Of a stretch of 64,000 nucleotides of DNA, positions 18,895 to 29,500 are shown piece by piece. Source of the DNA: Planctomycetota bacterium (GTDB taxonomy: Bacteria > Planctomycetota > UBA8108 > SXIK01). Location of the stretch: the NCBI GenBank assembly GCA_965223265.1, contig OZ244999.1, forward strand, positions 8,736,001 to 8,800,000, read 5' to 3'. Each line of letters begins with the position of its first letter. Positions within the stretch are counted from its first letter, which is position 1. A model generated the notes under the pieces. It ran no database searches. It was given only the letters and a program-made list of their open reading frames with translations, and was not told where the DNA came from. Position numbers and translations under genes: made by a program.

Positions 18895-19734
18895 CTATTT
18901 GGCCGGACCCGCCGAGAGCGGCGCAACTTCGCGCACAAGAGCATCGCCCTTGGCCGAATCTGCGTCGAGAAACGCGAGCAATCCAGGGGCGATTTCGCTC
19001 CAGGCACGCGACATGGTGAGACCACCGCGGAGTTCCACCGTGATCGTCGGTGTGGCCAGGTCGAGCCCCGCGTAGCTGCCGAGAGATCCCGGGGTTGGAT
19101 AGCCGATGTCCTCCTTCACCCGATACGGGGTGCGGCGGGCGACCCGATAGGCGAGTCCTGCTGCTGGGCCATCGTAGTTGATGCACTGCAGTGGTGAATG
19201 GATGGTGAGAATGCGATGCGGTTGGTAACGCTCGATCAGAGCGACGATCGCGCGGGTTTCTGGTTCGCTGGCAGGATTTGGGCCATGCGTTGATGCGCCT
19301 CTCCAATCACGTGACGGGAAATTTCGATTCAGATCGACTCCGCGCGCATTGTGTCGGGTCTTGCGAGCGAGTCCGTCGGGGTTCACTGTCGGAACGATGA
19401 CGACGCGACAGTGGTGCGTCAGTCCAGGATCTCGGATCAATGTGTCGGTGAACAAGTCGAGGATCGGTTGACCGAGTGGTTCGTTACCGTGGACGACGCC
19501 CAGAATCAGGTAGGTGGGACCGCCGTCACCGATCACCGTGGCGGAGATTGGACGCCCCTCGACCGAACGACCGATCACTTCTGTCGGACCAGCGAAGGGG
19601 TTGAGACGATGGACGTCGAACTGCTCGCAGCCGATCCCGAGAGCAACGAGCGCCACAGCAGAGGCTCCGATCAAGTGTCGAAGCGACGATCGGGTGAGGT
19701 ATTCTTGGTCAGCCATGCCCCGCTTATCGGTCAT
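18895..19734 (-). CDS. M14 zinc carboxypeptidase, MpaA-like murein peptide amidase; probable lipoprotein
   Basis: IGRSVEGRPI, GVVHGNE, VNPDG, NARGVDLNRNFP, SEPET, TIHSP, PTPGSLGSY and ITVEL motifs; lipobox-like LGIGC. Confidence 0.87.
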   Translation of the reverse strand: MTDKRGMADQEYLTRSSLRHLIGASAVALVALGIGCEQFDVHRLNPFAGPTEVIGRSVEGRPISATVIGDGGPTYLILGVVHGNEPLGQPILDLFTDTLIRDPGLTHHCRVVIVPTVNPDGLARKTRHNARGVDLNRNFPSRDWRGASTHGPNPASEPETRAIVALIERYQPHRILTIHSPLQCINYDGPAAGLAYRVARRTPYRVKEDIGYPTPGSLGSYAGLDLATPTITVELRGGLTMSRAWSEIAPGLLAFLDADSAKGDALVREVAPLSAGPAK

Positions 19735-19831
19735 GGCGTTAAAACCTGTTGAGTTCTCGCAGCCGAGAATAACTTATCGGATGCTTTGCGATGTGCCCTC
19801 ACACCGTTCCGTGAGGAGTGAACACGCTCAC

Positions 19832-21280
19832 TCAGGGACGGTCGCCGGCCTCGAAGGCGTCGAAGCTCCAGGAGTCGATAGGGATTCTGCCGGCGAAATC
19901 GATCTCACTCGCGTACCCGAAGCCGAGAGCGTCGACAACACTGCCGATCTCGACGCTGCCGTCCACGACGCGCAAGAAAACACTCCCCTCGCGCTCTTCG
20001 TAGAGATCGCTGTGGATCGCTAAGGCACTCTCCGCCTCTTTTGACGGTAGGTAGTCAAGCCCGTGGTAGTAATGATGTCCGTTGCGCTCGCAGTGTGTGA
20101 TGCCAAGTGCTGCCAGCGCTGCGAAGTCCTCCTGCACGGGAACCACCGCCACGTTTGCCAAGTCCTCGCCGCTTTGGAAGTACTTCTCTTCACCGCACTC
20201 CGCGTTCAGTTTCTGAATGCGGTCACGGTTCAGCAGCGATTTGAAAACACCTTTGCAGTTCTTGTGAGAAACACCTTGGTAGCCAAGCTCGACGGACTGC
20301 TGAAAGGAGTCGAGGCGGTCGTCGCTCTCATCGATGATCACCGCCTTCATTTCAGAGAGACGCTTGACGCCTTTGGCGGCACGCTCCTTGAGAGCTATGT
20401 CGCGGTGGAGTGGTTGTTCGACGAAGAGGACGGAATCGAAAAACTCCTGACCATATGGCCGCGACTTGAGGTCTTCGAGCAGCTTCTCGAGCTGCTCGAG
20501 GTCCCTATACTGCTCGTTGCCATCGATGGTGACGTGGTAGCCGTTTGAGCACCTCTGACTGAACAAAGCGGCCATACGCGTCAGGCGCTCGAGATCATGA
20601 TCGTGCTCGCCCGAAATCTTGATCTTGAAGTACCTCAGCCCGTAGAACTCGATGTCTTCTTCGAGCGCCTGCGGCAGGTTGTCATTGAGACGTTCGTCGG
20701 GCGGGATTTCGCCGACCGTGATCGGGTCTCCCAGGCCGATCGTGTGGCGACACCACAAGCTGGTCTCCGGCTTCGGCGGGACGATCTTTGACGTCTTTAG
20801 GCCGAGCACGTCCTTGCGCAGTGCGTCGAAGAAAGAGACTCCACGCAGTCGGCAAACCGCATCGATCACCGCGCGTTCCAGAAAGGAACTACCGAAACTG
20901 GCCGTCAGGGCGTTGATCCCAGCCGCGTGCGCTTCGTCGATGACACGCGGAAACGCCGCTTGCCAGAGTTCGTAGACGGTCTGACCTGTTCGCCCGAGCA
21001 GCAGATAGATCTCTCGCGCCTGACGAAAGGCCGTCAACTGGTCATCGACGTTGCGCCGATAGTTCTTGCTCGTGTCCTTGTCGAACCATAGAGGCGGCAG
21101 GCAGTCCGCTGCCATTCCTAACGCCTGTTCCCCACCCGGCCCTTCGATCTGGACGGACACGTGGAGGATTGGAGCCTTCGTCAAGCACGCGTTTCCGTAC
21201 CTAAACGGCATGCGAGTGTGAGCCTCGTTGATACTGGCCTCGCAGGCCGCCACCTGGATTTTCGGGGCACTGGATTTCAT
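19832..21280 (-). CDS. Enolase/mandelate-racemase superfamily protein of unknown substrate
   Basis: TRMPFRYG, YFKIK, IDGNEQY, FVEQP, IIDESD, SHKNCKG and HCERNGHHY motifs. Confidence 0.78.
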   Translation of the reverse strand: MKSSAPKIQVAACEASINEAHTRMPFRYGNACLTKAPILHVSVQIEGPGGEQALGMAADCLPPLWFDKDTSKNYRRNVDDQLTAFRQAREIYLLLGRTGQTVYELWQAAFPRVIDEAHAAGINALTASFGSSFLERAVIDAVCRLRGVSFFDALRKDVLGLKTSKIVPPKPETSLWCRHTIGLGDPITVGEIPPDERLNDNLPQALEEDIEFYGLRYFKIKISGEHDHDLERLTRMAALFSQRCSNGYHVTIDGNEQYRDLEQLEKLLEDLKSRPYGQEFFDSVLFVEQPLHRDIALKERAAKGVKRLSEMKAVIIDESDDRLDSFQQSVELGYQGVSHKNCKGVFKSLLNRDRIQKLNAECGEEKYFQSGEDLANVAVVPVQEDFAALAALGITHCERNGHHYYHGLDYLPSKEAESALAIHSDLYEEREGSVFLRVVDGSVEIGSVVDALGFGYASEIDFAGRIPIDSWSFDAFEAGDRP

Positions 21281-21288
21281 CGGGCGAC

Positions 21289-21317
21289 AGATTAAGTCTC
21301 CGGCTGGCGCTTGTCAA
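21289..21317 (-). promoter_or_regulatory. Sigma70-type promoter, probably giving a leaderless mRNA
   Basis: Minus strand TTGACA-N17-TAATCT, ending 8 nt before the ATG at 21280; no Shine-Dalgarno sequence. Confidence 0.6.
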
Positions 21318-21466
21318 ACTCAGGCCGCCGGTGACTGGGCGCTTCGCAGACGAAGGACCGCTTGCCGCTTGATCGTCCGCTCGGATTGTGGCCTATTATG
21401 GCGGCTGTGGACTCCTGGGCCGAAGAGAGAGGACGTCGTCATGCAAGCCACGTCGAGCGAATCGCG

Positions 21467-22258
21467 GTGAAGCCGCCCGTTGGCGTCGTACTGTCGGTGT
21501 TGGTGGTCCAGCTGCTCACGGGTTGCCGTGCTGGATTCTCGCGCATCCACGAGGGTGCGGCCGTCGATCCGAAACTTCAAGGTAGCAACGGACTCATCGA
21601 TCGAGCCACGCCAGGCACAGCCCTGCGCCAAGCGCTCTCCCACTCCGACGCCGGCAACGTCGTCCAGCGAGTCATCGACCAGCATGGCGGCTGGGATCGC
21701 TGGCGCCGCCTGCAATCCGTCGAGTATGTCGTTCATCGCCGCGAGAGCGTCGAAAGTGGGGTCGATGACACAGTCGCCGACCCTGACGATGCAGCCCAGT
21801 CTGTTGTGAAGAAGGACCTTGAGCCAGCCCGGGTTGTGTTCGACGCGAGCCGCTGGGACGACTACCGCGAGGAGGAGAAGTGGCTTTTTTCACTGCCGTT
21901 TTTACTCGCGCAGCCACGGTACGGCGTGAAGTATCTCGGGGTTGAGCTCGATCTCGCTGAGTCAGCAGCGTTTGACAAACTCGAAGTCAAAGGCTCGCTG
22001 CCGGGGCGAAGCGACACGGACTATTTGGTCGTCTACGTCAATCGTGCGACGGGGATCGTAACGAGGGTGCTTTCCCAGCGCGCCGACGGTGCCTGGACGC
22101 TGACGGTGCTCTCTGGTTGGCGAACGACGGCAGGTTTTCGCGTGCCGACACGACGCCAAGTGTTCGCCTTGCCGGGCAGGTTTCATCGAGTTCGGGATCA
22201 GTACTTGGCGCGCCACGAGGAGATCGAACAACTTCAGCTTGACGTCGAATCCTCGTGA
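21467..22258 (+). CDS. Hypothetical lipoprotein
   Basis: GTG start then hydrophobic stretch and lipobox LLTGC; VIDQHGGWDRW and LFSLPFLLA segments; beta-rich C-terminus. Confidence 0.62.
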   Translation: MKPPVGVVLSVLVVQLLTGCRAGFSRIHEGAAVDPKLQGSNGLIDRATPGTALRQALSHSDAGNVVQRVIDQHGGWDRWRRLQSVEYVVHRRESVESGVDDTVADPDDAAQSVVKKDLEPARVVFDASRWDDYREEEKWLFSLPFLLAQPRYGVKYLGVELDLAESAAFDKLEVKGSLPGRSDTDYLVVYVNRATGIVTRVLSQRADGAWTLTVLSGWRTTAGFRVPTRRQVFALPGRFHRVRDQYLARHEEIEQLQLDVESS

Positions 22259-22343
22259 CGTCTGCAATCACTTAGTTTTCACCTAGAAGCTTTCTTTCAA
22301 CGGCTAAACCGGTGATTCCACTTCAGCGAACGTTGTACCTCCA

Positions 22344-22727
22344 ATGCCGAGTCATCTGAAAATCGTCACTGCACTGTCAAGTTGTCGTTCCCTCATCGGA
22401 GTCGCCCTGGCCGCGTTCATCTTTTGGAAGATGCGGACTCTCGAAGAAATCGCTAGTGGCGACCGTGTCGTGTTGCTGAGTGCAGCGTCACTTCTTCTCC
22501 TCTTTTCCGTAGTGCGCGCTTGCGTTGCGGTCGGGGGTGTTCTGCGTCGACGTTGGAGCCGACGGCTTGGGCTTGCACTGGCGGCGTTCGACTGTGTGAA
22601 TCTCGTCCTCTTTCCGCTCTCGACGGCGTTGGGTCTTCAGGGGCTGGTGGTGTATCGACATCCGGAAACCGTGCATTACTTTGGCCACGGCGAGGCTGCG
22701 GCCGGTAGATCGGATCGTTCGTCGTGA
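22344..22727 (+). CDS. Small membrane protein (3-4 TM)
   Basis: 127-aa ORF with hydrophobic helices; FPLSTALG...YF ending. Confidence 0.62.
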   Translation: MPSHLKIVTALSSCRSLIGVALAAFIFWKMRTLEEIASGDRVVLLSAASLLLLFSVVRACVAVGGVLRRRWSRRLGLALAAFDCVNLVLFPLSTALGLQGLVVYRHPETVHYFGHGEAAAGRSDRSS

Positions 22728-22921
22728 ACGTCGCCGACCATGTAAGACGTCCACGACCAACGTTATCTTCTCTTGACGACGCCCACGATACTTAGAGAAT
22801 GGTCGTTTTCGCCGCCAGCGCTGCCGGCTTTGAAACGGCTACCTACCGCGCCTCTGCGTGAGTGGTCGTCGAGCCCAGCGGTTGTCCAACACTGACCGAC
22901 GCGCACAGGACCGACTCACCT

Positions 22922-24178
22922 ATGGGCTCGAAAATACAGGCATATCAGACCAACTACGACATTCCAGAGAAGACACTGGTGTGGCAGCTGTCGGGCAAGG
23001 GGTTCGAGAACTTTGCGCTGACGGAAATACCCGTGCCGACGCTCGGACCGAAAGACGTCATGTTTCGATCCGACTCCAACGGGATCTGCTTCTCAGACGT
23101 CAAGATCATCAATGCTGGTGGCGACCATCCGCGATTGAGCGGCTACGATATAGCCAACGACAAAGTCGTTCCTGGCCATGAGATTTCGATTACGATCGTG
23201 GCCGTTGGGCCGGAGGCGAATCCGCAGATTAGCGTCGGCGATCGCTATATCGTCCAAGCGGACATGACCGAGTATGAGACCGCCGTCGGCTATCGCATCT
23301 GGGGCGGTATGATGCAGTATGGCGTCTTTGATGAGCGCGTTCAGGAGTATCTCATCAAGATCGAAGGGGACGATGTCGGTTACTCGCAGGCGTCACTCGT
23401 CGAGCCATGGTCCTGCATCGAAGCGTCCTATGAGCGTGCCGATTTTCATCCCGCCGACGACATTGTCTGGGTTCTCGGTGGCGGCGGCCCTATGGGGCAG
23501 ATGCACATCCATCGCGTCGTCAGCATGAAGGAGAATGGGAAGCTCCCCGCCCTCCACACTGTGCTAATTACGGATGTCAGTGAGGAGCGGCTAGACGCTG
23601 TACGCGACAGATTCGGCGCACGACTAGCGGCTGCGGGCGGTCGATTCGAGACGTTGAATCCGACGGCACACGATTTTGAAGATTCGATGCGCCGCATAGC
23701 GCCGGACGGAGTCGCGTACTTGATTGCTTGCGCGCAAATCCCCGAGGTCGTCACTGGTGCACTGAAGAATCTCAGGCGCTACGGAGTCTGTAACCTGTTC
23801 GCCGGAATCAAGCGTGGCACCGGTGAAGTCTTCCTCGGGGACATCCACTACGATCAGCACACGATCACTGGCAACTCTGGGTCCCGTATCGAGGACATGG
23901 AGAAGGTGCTCCGCATGACGGAGCGTTACGAGATGAGCACCGATGAGTCTACGGGTGCGGTTGTCGGGATGAAGGCTTGCGTTGACGGCGTCAAAGCGGT
24001 CGCTGACGGCACGATCACCAACAAGACGATTCTCTATCCGCAGCTCACGGATTTGCCGCTCACCCCGATCGAAAAGCTCAGTGAGTTCGTAGAGTTTTCC
24101 CCAGAAGTGAAGAAACAGGTCGAGGCGAGGCGCTGGACCGCGCAGGCGGAGCGGGAGATGCTCGAAGCGTTGCTTTGA
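22922..24178 (+). CDS. Zn-dependent medium-chain dehydrogenase, L-sorbose-1-phosphate reductase-like
   Basis: GICFSDVK, VPGHE, SLVEPWSC and LGGGGPMG motifs; no structural-Zn Cys cluster. Confidence 0.78.
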   Translation: MGSKIQAYQTNYDIPEKTLVWQLSGKGFENFALTEIPVPTLGPKDVMFRSDSNGICFSDVKIINAGGDHPRLSGYDIANDKVVPGHEISITIVAVGPEANPQISVGDRYIVQADMTEYETAVGYRIWGGMMQYGVFDERVQEYLIKIEGDDVGYSQASLVEPWSCIEASYERADFHPADDIVWVLGGGGPMGQMHIHRVVSMKENGKLPALHTVLITDVSEERLDAVRDRFGARLAAAGGRFETLNPTAHDFEDSMRRIAPDGVAYLIACAQIPEVVTGALKNLRRYGVCNLFAGIKRGTGEVFLGDIHYDQHTITGNSGSRIEDMEKVLRMTERYEMSTDESTGAVVGMKACVDGVKAVADGTITNKTILYPQLTDLPLTPIEKLSEFVEFSPEVKKQVEARRWTAQAEREMLEALL

Positions 24179-24305
24179 CCTGGCGCTTGCGATCCGCTCC
24201 GAGTGCTTCGATCAATGGCGTCGGCGCTTCTGACGCGTCAGATGGCATTGGAGACTCGGCGCGAATGGCCAAATTCGAGTCAACAAGCGAAGGAGCATAC
24301 GAAGG

Positions 24306-26426
24306 TTGAGGTCGCCGTCGCGTCGAACCAAGTCGAAGGTACCGTCACGACGCAGCCGTCCGCTGCCCGCAGCACTGCGAGAATTGATTCAGATCTCTGC
24401 TGCTGTGGGTGCTGACCCCGACCTGGCGCAGGGCGGCGGCGGGAATACATCGGTGAAAACTGCCTCCGGCCGCTCATTTTTCGTCAAGGCGTCCGGTGCC
24501 TGCCTGGCCGACGTCGATCGTTCGCACGGATGGGTCGAACTCGAGCTGGCCCCTGTTCGAGAGCTTGCCCGCGATGCGCGGCTGCTCGATCTCGATGCGC
24601 ACGTGCGCGAGTCACGAGTCGCGGGGCTGCTGTCGGCGTCTCTGATTCGTCCACTTGGCGCCCGAGCATCCGTTGAGACGACATTGCATGCGCTCCTCGA
24701 CCGAGTCGTCATCCACACGCATCCGGCACAACTCAACGTGATTCTTTCCTCTCGCGCTGCTCGTCGCGTCTGCGGTGAGTTGTTCGCACGTCTTGAGCGG
24801 CCGCCACTCTACTTGCCGTATCTCGACCCTGGTTTCGTGCTGGGTGAGAGGCTCGGGCGGGAGATCGATCGCTACCAGAAGGAGCATGGCGTCCCGCCTG
24901 CCGTTGTCTTGCTTGAGAATCATGGCCTCTTCGTCGCGCACTCGAACGTCGATGGATGTCTCGATCTCCACCGCCGAGTGGTTGCGATCGCCGCCAAAAC
25001 TTTGGGGCAGCCGCGGGTCAATCCGTTCGACTTTCCCCCGGTCGTTGACGAGGCTCCACCGAAGCGTCGTCGTCGCCGCGGTGCGGTCGTGCAGCGATCG
25101 GCCGTGGAAACGAGTTCGAACGCCCACGGCCTCGACGTCGCCGTTGGCGACGCGGTAGCCACCGCGAACGACGAAGTTGCGCCTCTAGTCCGTGGGGCGC
25201 TGCTTCGCGCTGGCGTCAGCCATCACATCGTTCGCCGCGATCGAGAAGACATCGCGAACGAATTCGTCCGCCGCCCGGCCGCGATCAAGGCTGCATGCCG
25301 CGGTGCCTTCACCCCAGATCAAATCATGTACTGTCGCAAACTGCCGTTGCGCCTCGATGCGCGGCGTCCGGCGGAGTGGACCGCGGCGGTGACGCGTTAC
25401 CGCGACGAGCACGAGGTTGATCCGCGTGTCATCATCGTGGCGAACGAAGGCGTCTTCTACGCGGCGCCAACGCTGAGGCAGTTGCGTGTGGTTGCTGACG
25501 TTTATCGCAGTGCCATCGCAGCTCTCTTGGCAGGGCCAACGTACGGTGGGTGTCGGTTCCTAACAGCCAAGCAGGCGGGCTTCATAGAAAGCTGGGAAGC
25601 GAAAGGCTATCAGGCGAAGATGCAGGCGCGTCAGGGGGACAGCTGTCTGGAAGGACAGGTGGCGCTGGTGACTGGCGCCGGGAGCGGGCTCGGCAAGGGG
25701 ATTGCGCACGGTCTCGTTCGCGCTGGCGCCAGCGTGGTCGGATGCGATCTCAGTGCCGATGGCCTGGCGGCAACGGCCGCAGAGATGCCAACGCTGCAGT
25801 TCCTTCCCGTGGTTGCAGACGTGACGCAGGAGGACTCCGTTGCCGGCGCCGTGCGCGCCGCTGCCGGTTCGGCGGGCGGGCTCGACATCCTCGTTAACGC
25901 CGCTGGTATCGCGCCCGCGCATCTTCTCGTCGATTTTCCTCTCAGAGCTTGGCAGCGCACTCTCGACATCAACCTCACTGGTTACTTCCTTTGTGCTCGG
26001 GAGGCCGCGCGCCTGTTGCTCGCGCAGAATGCAGGTGGCAGCATCATCAACATCACGAGCAAGTCAGGCCTGGAAGCCAGCAAGGCGAACTCTGCTTACA
26101 ACGCGACCAAAGCAGGTGAGATTCACTTGATGCGCGGCTGGGCCATGGAGCTCGGGGCGGCGGGCATTCGAGTCAACTGTGTTGCACCAGGAAACGTTTT
26201 TCGGGGCTCGCAGATTTGGAACGCGGAGTACATTCGGGCCGCGGCGAAGAAGAAAGGAATTCGACCTGAGGAGGTCATTCCGTACTATACTTCCCTCTCA
26301 CCTCTGCAGCAGGAGATCGAGCCTGAAGACGTTGCCAACGCTGTGGTCTATCTCGCGTCCGACGCGGGGCGCAAGTTGACCGGGCAGACCTTGGTGGTCG
26401 ACGGCGGTCAGGTGATGGTGCGCTGA
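24306..26426 (+). CDS. Class II aldolase/adducin-like domain fused to an SDR (RhaD/SrlD-like bifunctional enzyme)
   Basis: QGGGGNTSVK, VKASG, SVETTLHA, IHTHP and LLENHG; then VALVTGAGSGLG, SKSG and YNATK. Start codon uncertain. Confidence 0.85.
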   Translation: MRSPSRRTKSKVPSRRSRPLPAALRELIQISAAVGADPDLAQGGGGNTSVKTASGRSFFVKASGACLADVDRSHGWVELELAPVRELARDARLLDLDAHVRESRVAGLLSASLIRPLGARASVETTLHALLDRVVIHTHPAQLNVILSSRAARRVCGELFARLERPPLYLPYLDPGFVLGERLGREIDRYQKEHGVPPAVVLLENHGLFVAHSNVDGCLDLHRRVVAIAAKTLGQPRVNPFDFPPVVDEAPPKRRRRRGAVVQRSAVETSSNAHGLDVAVGDAVATANDEVAPLVRGALLRAGVSHHIVRRDREDIANEFVRRPAAIKAACRGAFTPDQIMYCRKLPLRLDARRPAEWTAAVTRYRDEHEVDPRVIIVANEGVFYAAPTLRQLRVVADVYRSAIAALLAGPTYGGCRFLTAKQAGFIESWEAKGYQAKMQARQGDSCLEGQVALVTGAGSGLGKGIAHGLVRAGASVVGCDLSADGLAATAAEMPTLQFLPVVADVTQEDSVAGAVRAAAGSAGGLDILVNAAGIAPAHLLVDFPLRAWQRTLDINLTGYFLCAREAARLLLAQNAGGSIINITSKSGLEASKANSAYNATKAGEIHLMRGWAMELGAAGIRVNCVAPGNVFRGSQIWNAEYIRAAAKKKGIRPEEVIPYYTSLSPLQQEIEPEDVANAVVYLASDAGRKLTGQTLVVDGGQVMVR

Positions 26427-26557
26427 GGCGTGGGCGCACGACGTTGATCTCGATCGCTGCATGGGCGGGATACGGGTCGGCTTCTCGCCACGACAGAGCG
26501 TACCTCGCTACGCATCATTCCCCCAAAAACTCAACGCTCTATCGGTAGGATCGTGCC

Positions 26558-29500
26558 ATGCATTTTAGTTCCCTTGGGGCCCTGATTCTCTGCTCGAGTT
26601 TTCATGCGCCGGTGCTGCTTGACGACCGCTTTGATCTTCCGAGCGGCTTTCACATCTACAAAATCGCTAGCGGTGAAGTCTGTGGTGGATCCTATGACAT
26701 CACGTTCGATGGGGACGGAGAGCTTCTTGTCGGCGACTCCCAGAACGTGCGTCGCTTGAAATGGAATGACGCGGCAGGCGTCTACGATGGATACGAAGTC
26801 ATCGCCGACGGCCTGGGGCCGCGTGGGCCACAGGGGCTCCTCGTCTTTGGCGATCACCTCTACGCGGTCGGTGGTGACGGCATACAAATGTTTCGAGGCT
26901 ACGCCGCGAGTCGACTAGATCGAACAACGGAGCGGAACGCGCGTTTGGATCACGTCGGCCGCATCGGTGCTCCGTTTCGCACTGGAGGTGATCATGCCGC
27001 GCATGCGATTCTTCGCGGTCACGACGACTATCTCTACTTCATCACTGGCGACGGTGGCGGCACGAAGGACCGAGATCACATCACCGAAGTCACGTCACCT
27101 TCCCGGATAGAACGGAAGTGCTCCGTCTTTCGCATCAGTCCTGACGGCGAGAACTGGGAGTGTATCGCCACCGGTGGACGCAATGCGCCGAACCTTGGGA
27201 TCAACTACCTTGGCGAATTCTTCAGTTTGGACAGCGACATGGAGTGGCATGTCGCGCAGCCCTGGTGGCGTCCCGTGCGACTCAACCACTGGGTGACCGG
27301 AGGCGATCATGGCTGGCAGTCCGTTGGGGCCTACCCGCCGTACTACGTCGATTCACTCGCGGGAATCTATGACGTCGGCCGTGGCTCTCCTGATTGGGGA
27401 GTTTTCTATGAGCACGATCAATTGCCGGCAAAGTATCGCGACGCGTATCTGGTTTGCGACTATCGTTCGAAGTCGGCGACGACGGGTGGCTACACGACGA
27501 GCGGTAAACTGCTTGCGTTCTTTCTCCAGCCCGACGGCGCCACGTGGAGCGCGCGAATGGAGGTGTGCGTGCAGCCGAAACCTGGAGCAAAGGACGAGAG
27601 TGGAGAGCTGATCAACTTTGCGCTCGTCGACATCGATGTGGCACCGGACGGCAGTTTGTTTCTTTCTGATCGCGCTCAAGGCGTCTGGCGCGTGTACTAC
27701 GATGGCCGCGCTGAGGCGCCGCCATCTTCTGCGCCGCAGGCGCCTTCGGTGTCGCAGGCGCTCGATCGACTCGCGCGCGTCGGCAGCGACGCGACGCCCC
27801 TAGAGATTGTTGACAAGCTGTTGGAGCTGCCGCAGCGCGGCGCCGAGTGGAGTCGTGTGCAGCGCGATCGATTGCGACAGATGCTGGGTTCAGATTACCA
27901 GCCGCGTTTGATCGCGGTGGCTCAGGCGTCGGACCAGCCTGTGCGACGGCGGCTCGTCGCGATTCGGCAACTCGCCGCGGAGTTCGCGTTGCTGCCGAGC
28001 GAGTTCGTCTCTCGCTTGGTGCGTGATCGAGACGAACACGTGCGCGCGCAGGCGGCTTGGCTCTTGGGTATTCGACGCCGCGGGGGGGAAGTCGGTCTTC
28101 TTGTGGAGCTCGCGAGTGACGCCTCAGCGCTCGTGCGCCGTCGAGCGCTCGAGTCTCTCATGCGCAGTCCACCGTCGTCGCCGCAGTTGCCTCAGATCAT
28201 CAACTTGCTGGAAGATCCTAGCCGGGTCGTCGCCTACACGGCGATGATGACGCTGTCGCACCACCCTCGCTCCGACTGGTTTTCGCGCGCCGTGCGTCGC
28301 GACGGGGTGCAGACTCGTTTACGCGCTTTGATCGCGGCTGATCTTAGGGACGAGCTGAATCGTGAGGACGCTGTGCCCGTTCTTCGCGATCTTATGGGGC
28401 AGATCGGGCGACGAAGCCGGCGGCAGGACCGGCTCGACCTGCTTCGAGTGATCGGGCGCTTGCGGCAGACGTGGGTCGCCGACGACGCCTTGCGAGAGTC
28501 GATCGTGGAGAAGTTGGTGACGGAGTTTCCCGACGAGGACAGAGACATCCGCTGGGAACAGGCTCGCCTTCTTGGCGAGTATCGCGTCTCACAGGGTTTC
28601 GAGCCGCTTCTCGCCGTGCTCGAACGCGAGGAGGATCCCGTCACGCAATTCCACCTGGCGCAGGCTCTGGCCCGCATCCCCAGCGGCTGGAGCGCGGAAG
28701 CAGAGTCTCGTTCCGTCGGTTGGTTTTTGGCGCAGCAGAAGGGATGGTTTGCGGAGTTCGATGGCAAGGGTCTACAGTTCCCGCAGTTCTGGGGCACGGT
28801 CCTGTCGGACTTTGTGCGCCACCACGCAGCCGCCGTGTTGACGCGCGGCGAGGACATCGTGCTGACCAGTCAGCTCGGCCGCGAATATCTGCAATTGCTG
28901 GCGGCGAGCGACGAGGTGGCGACGCGATTTATCGAGCTCTATGCGGAACGGCGCGAGCCCCAGTATCGCCTCGAACTCATGAAGACGCTCGGGCGCGTCG
29001 ACGACGAGGAGATCGCTGACTTTCTTCGTCGTGAGTATGGCTCGGTTGGAGATCCAGACCTGCACGCCGCACTTCTCGTCAGCCTTGCTGCACAGTCCCC
29101 CCATGAGCGAAGTCGTGGTCTGCTGGAGTCAGGCGTAGAGAACGAAAACGTCGAAGTTGCGCGCACGTGTGCGTTGGCGCTGACGCGTTACCGTCCTCGT
29201 CTCGGCCAGGAGCTCGCGCAGACCTTGATCACTCGTATGCTCGAGCACCGCGCACTGGTTCGCAGTTGCGAGCGATTGTTGGTACACCTTTCGGGAAAGA
29301 AGCGCGAAGACTACACGCCGGAGGCCAATCCTCAGGACCGTGCAGAGTTTGACGAAGCGACTGCCGCCATCGACTTTTGGCGGCACTGGTTCGCCAAGGA
29401 GTTCGGAGAGGAATTCGAGCCGCTGCGCGACGATCTGATCGTCGAGAAATCGAACGCTGAGGTGCGCGCGCAGATCCTGGCGACGACAAACGGTGGTAGT

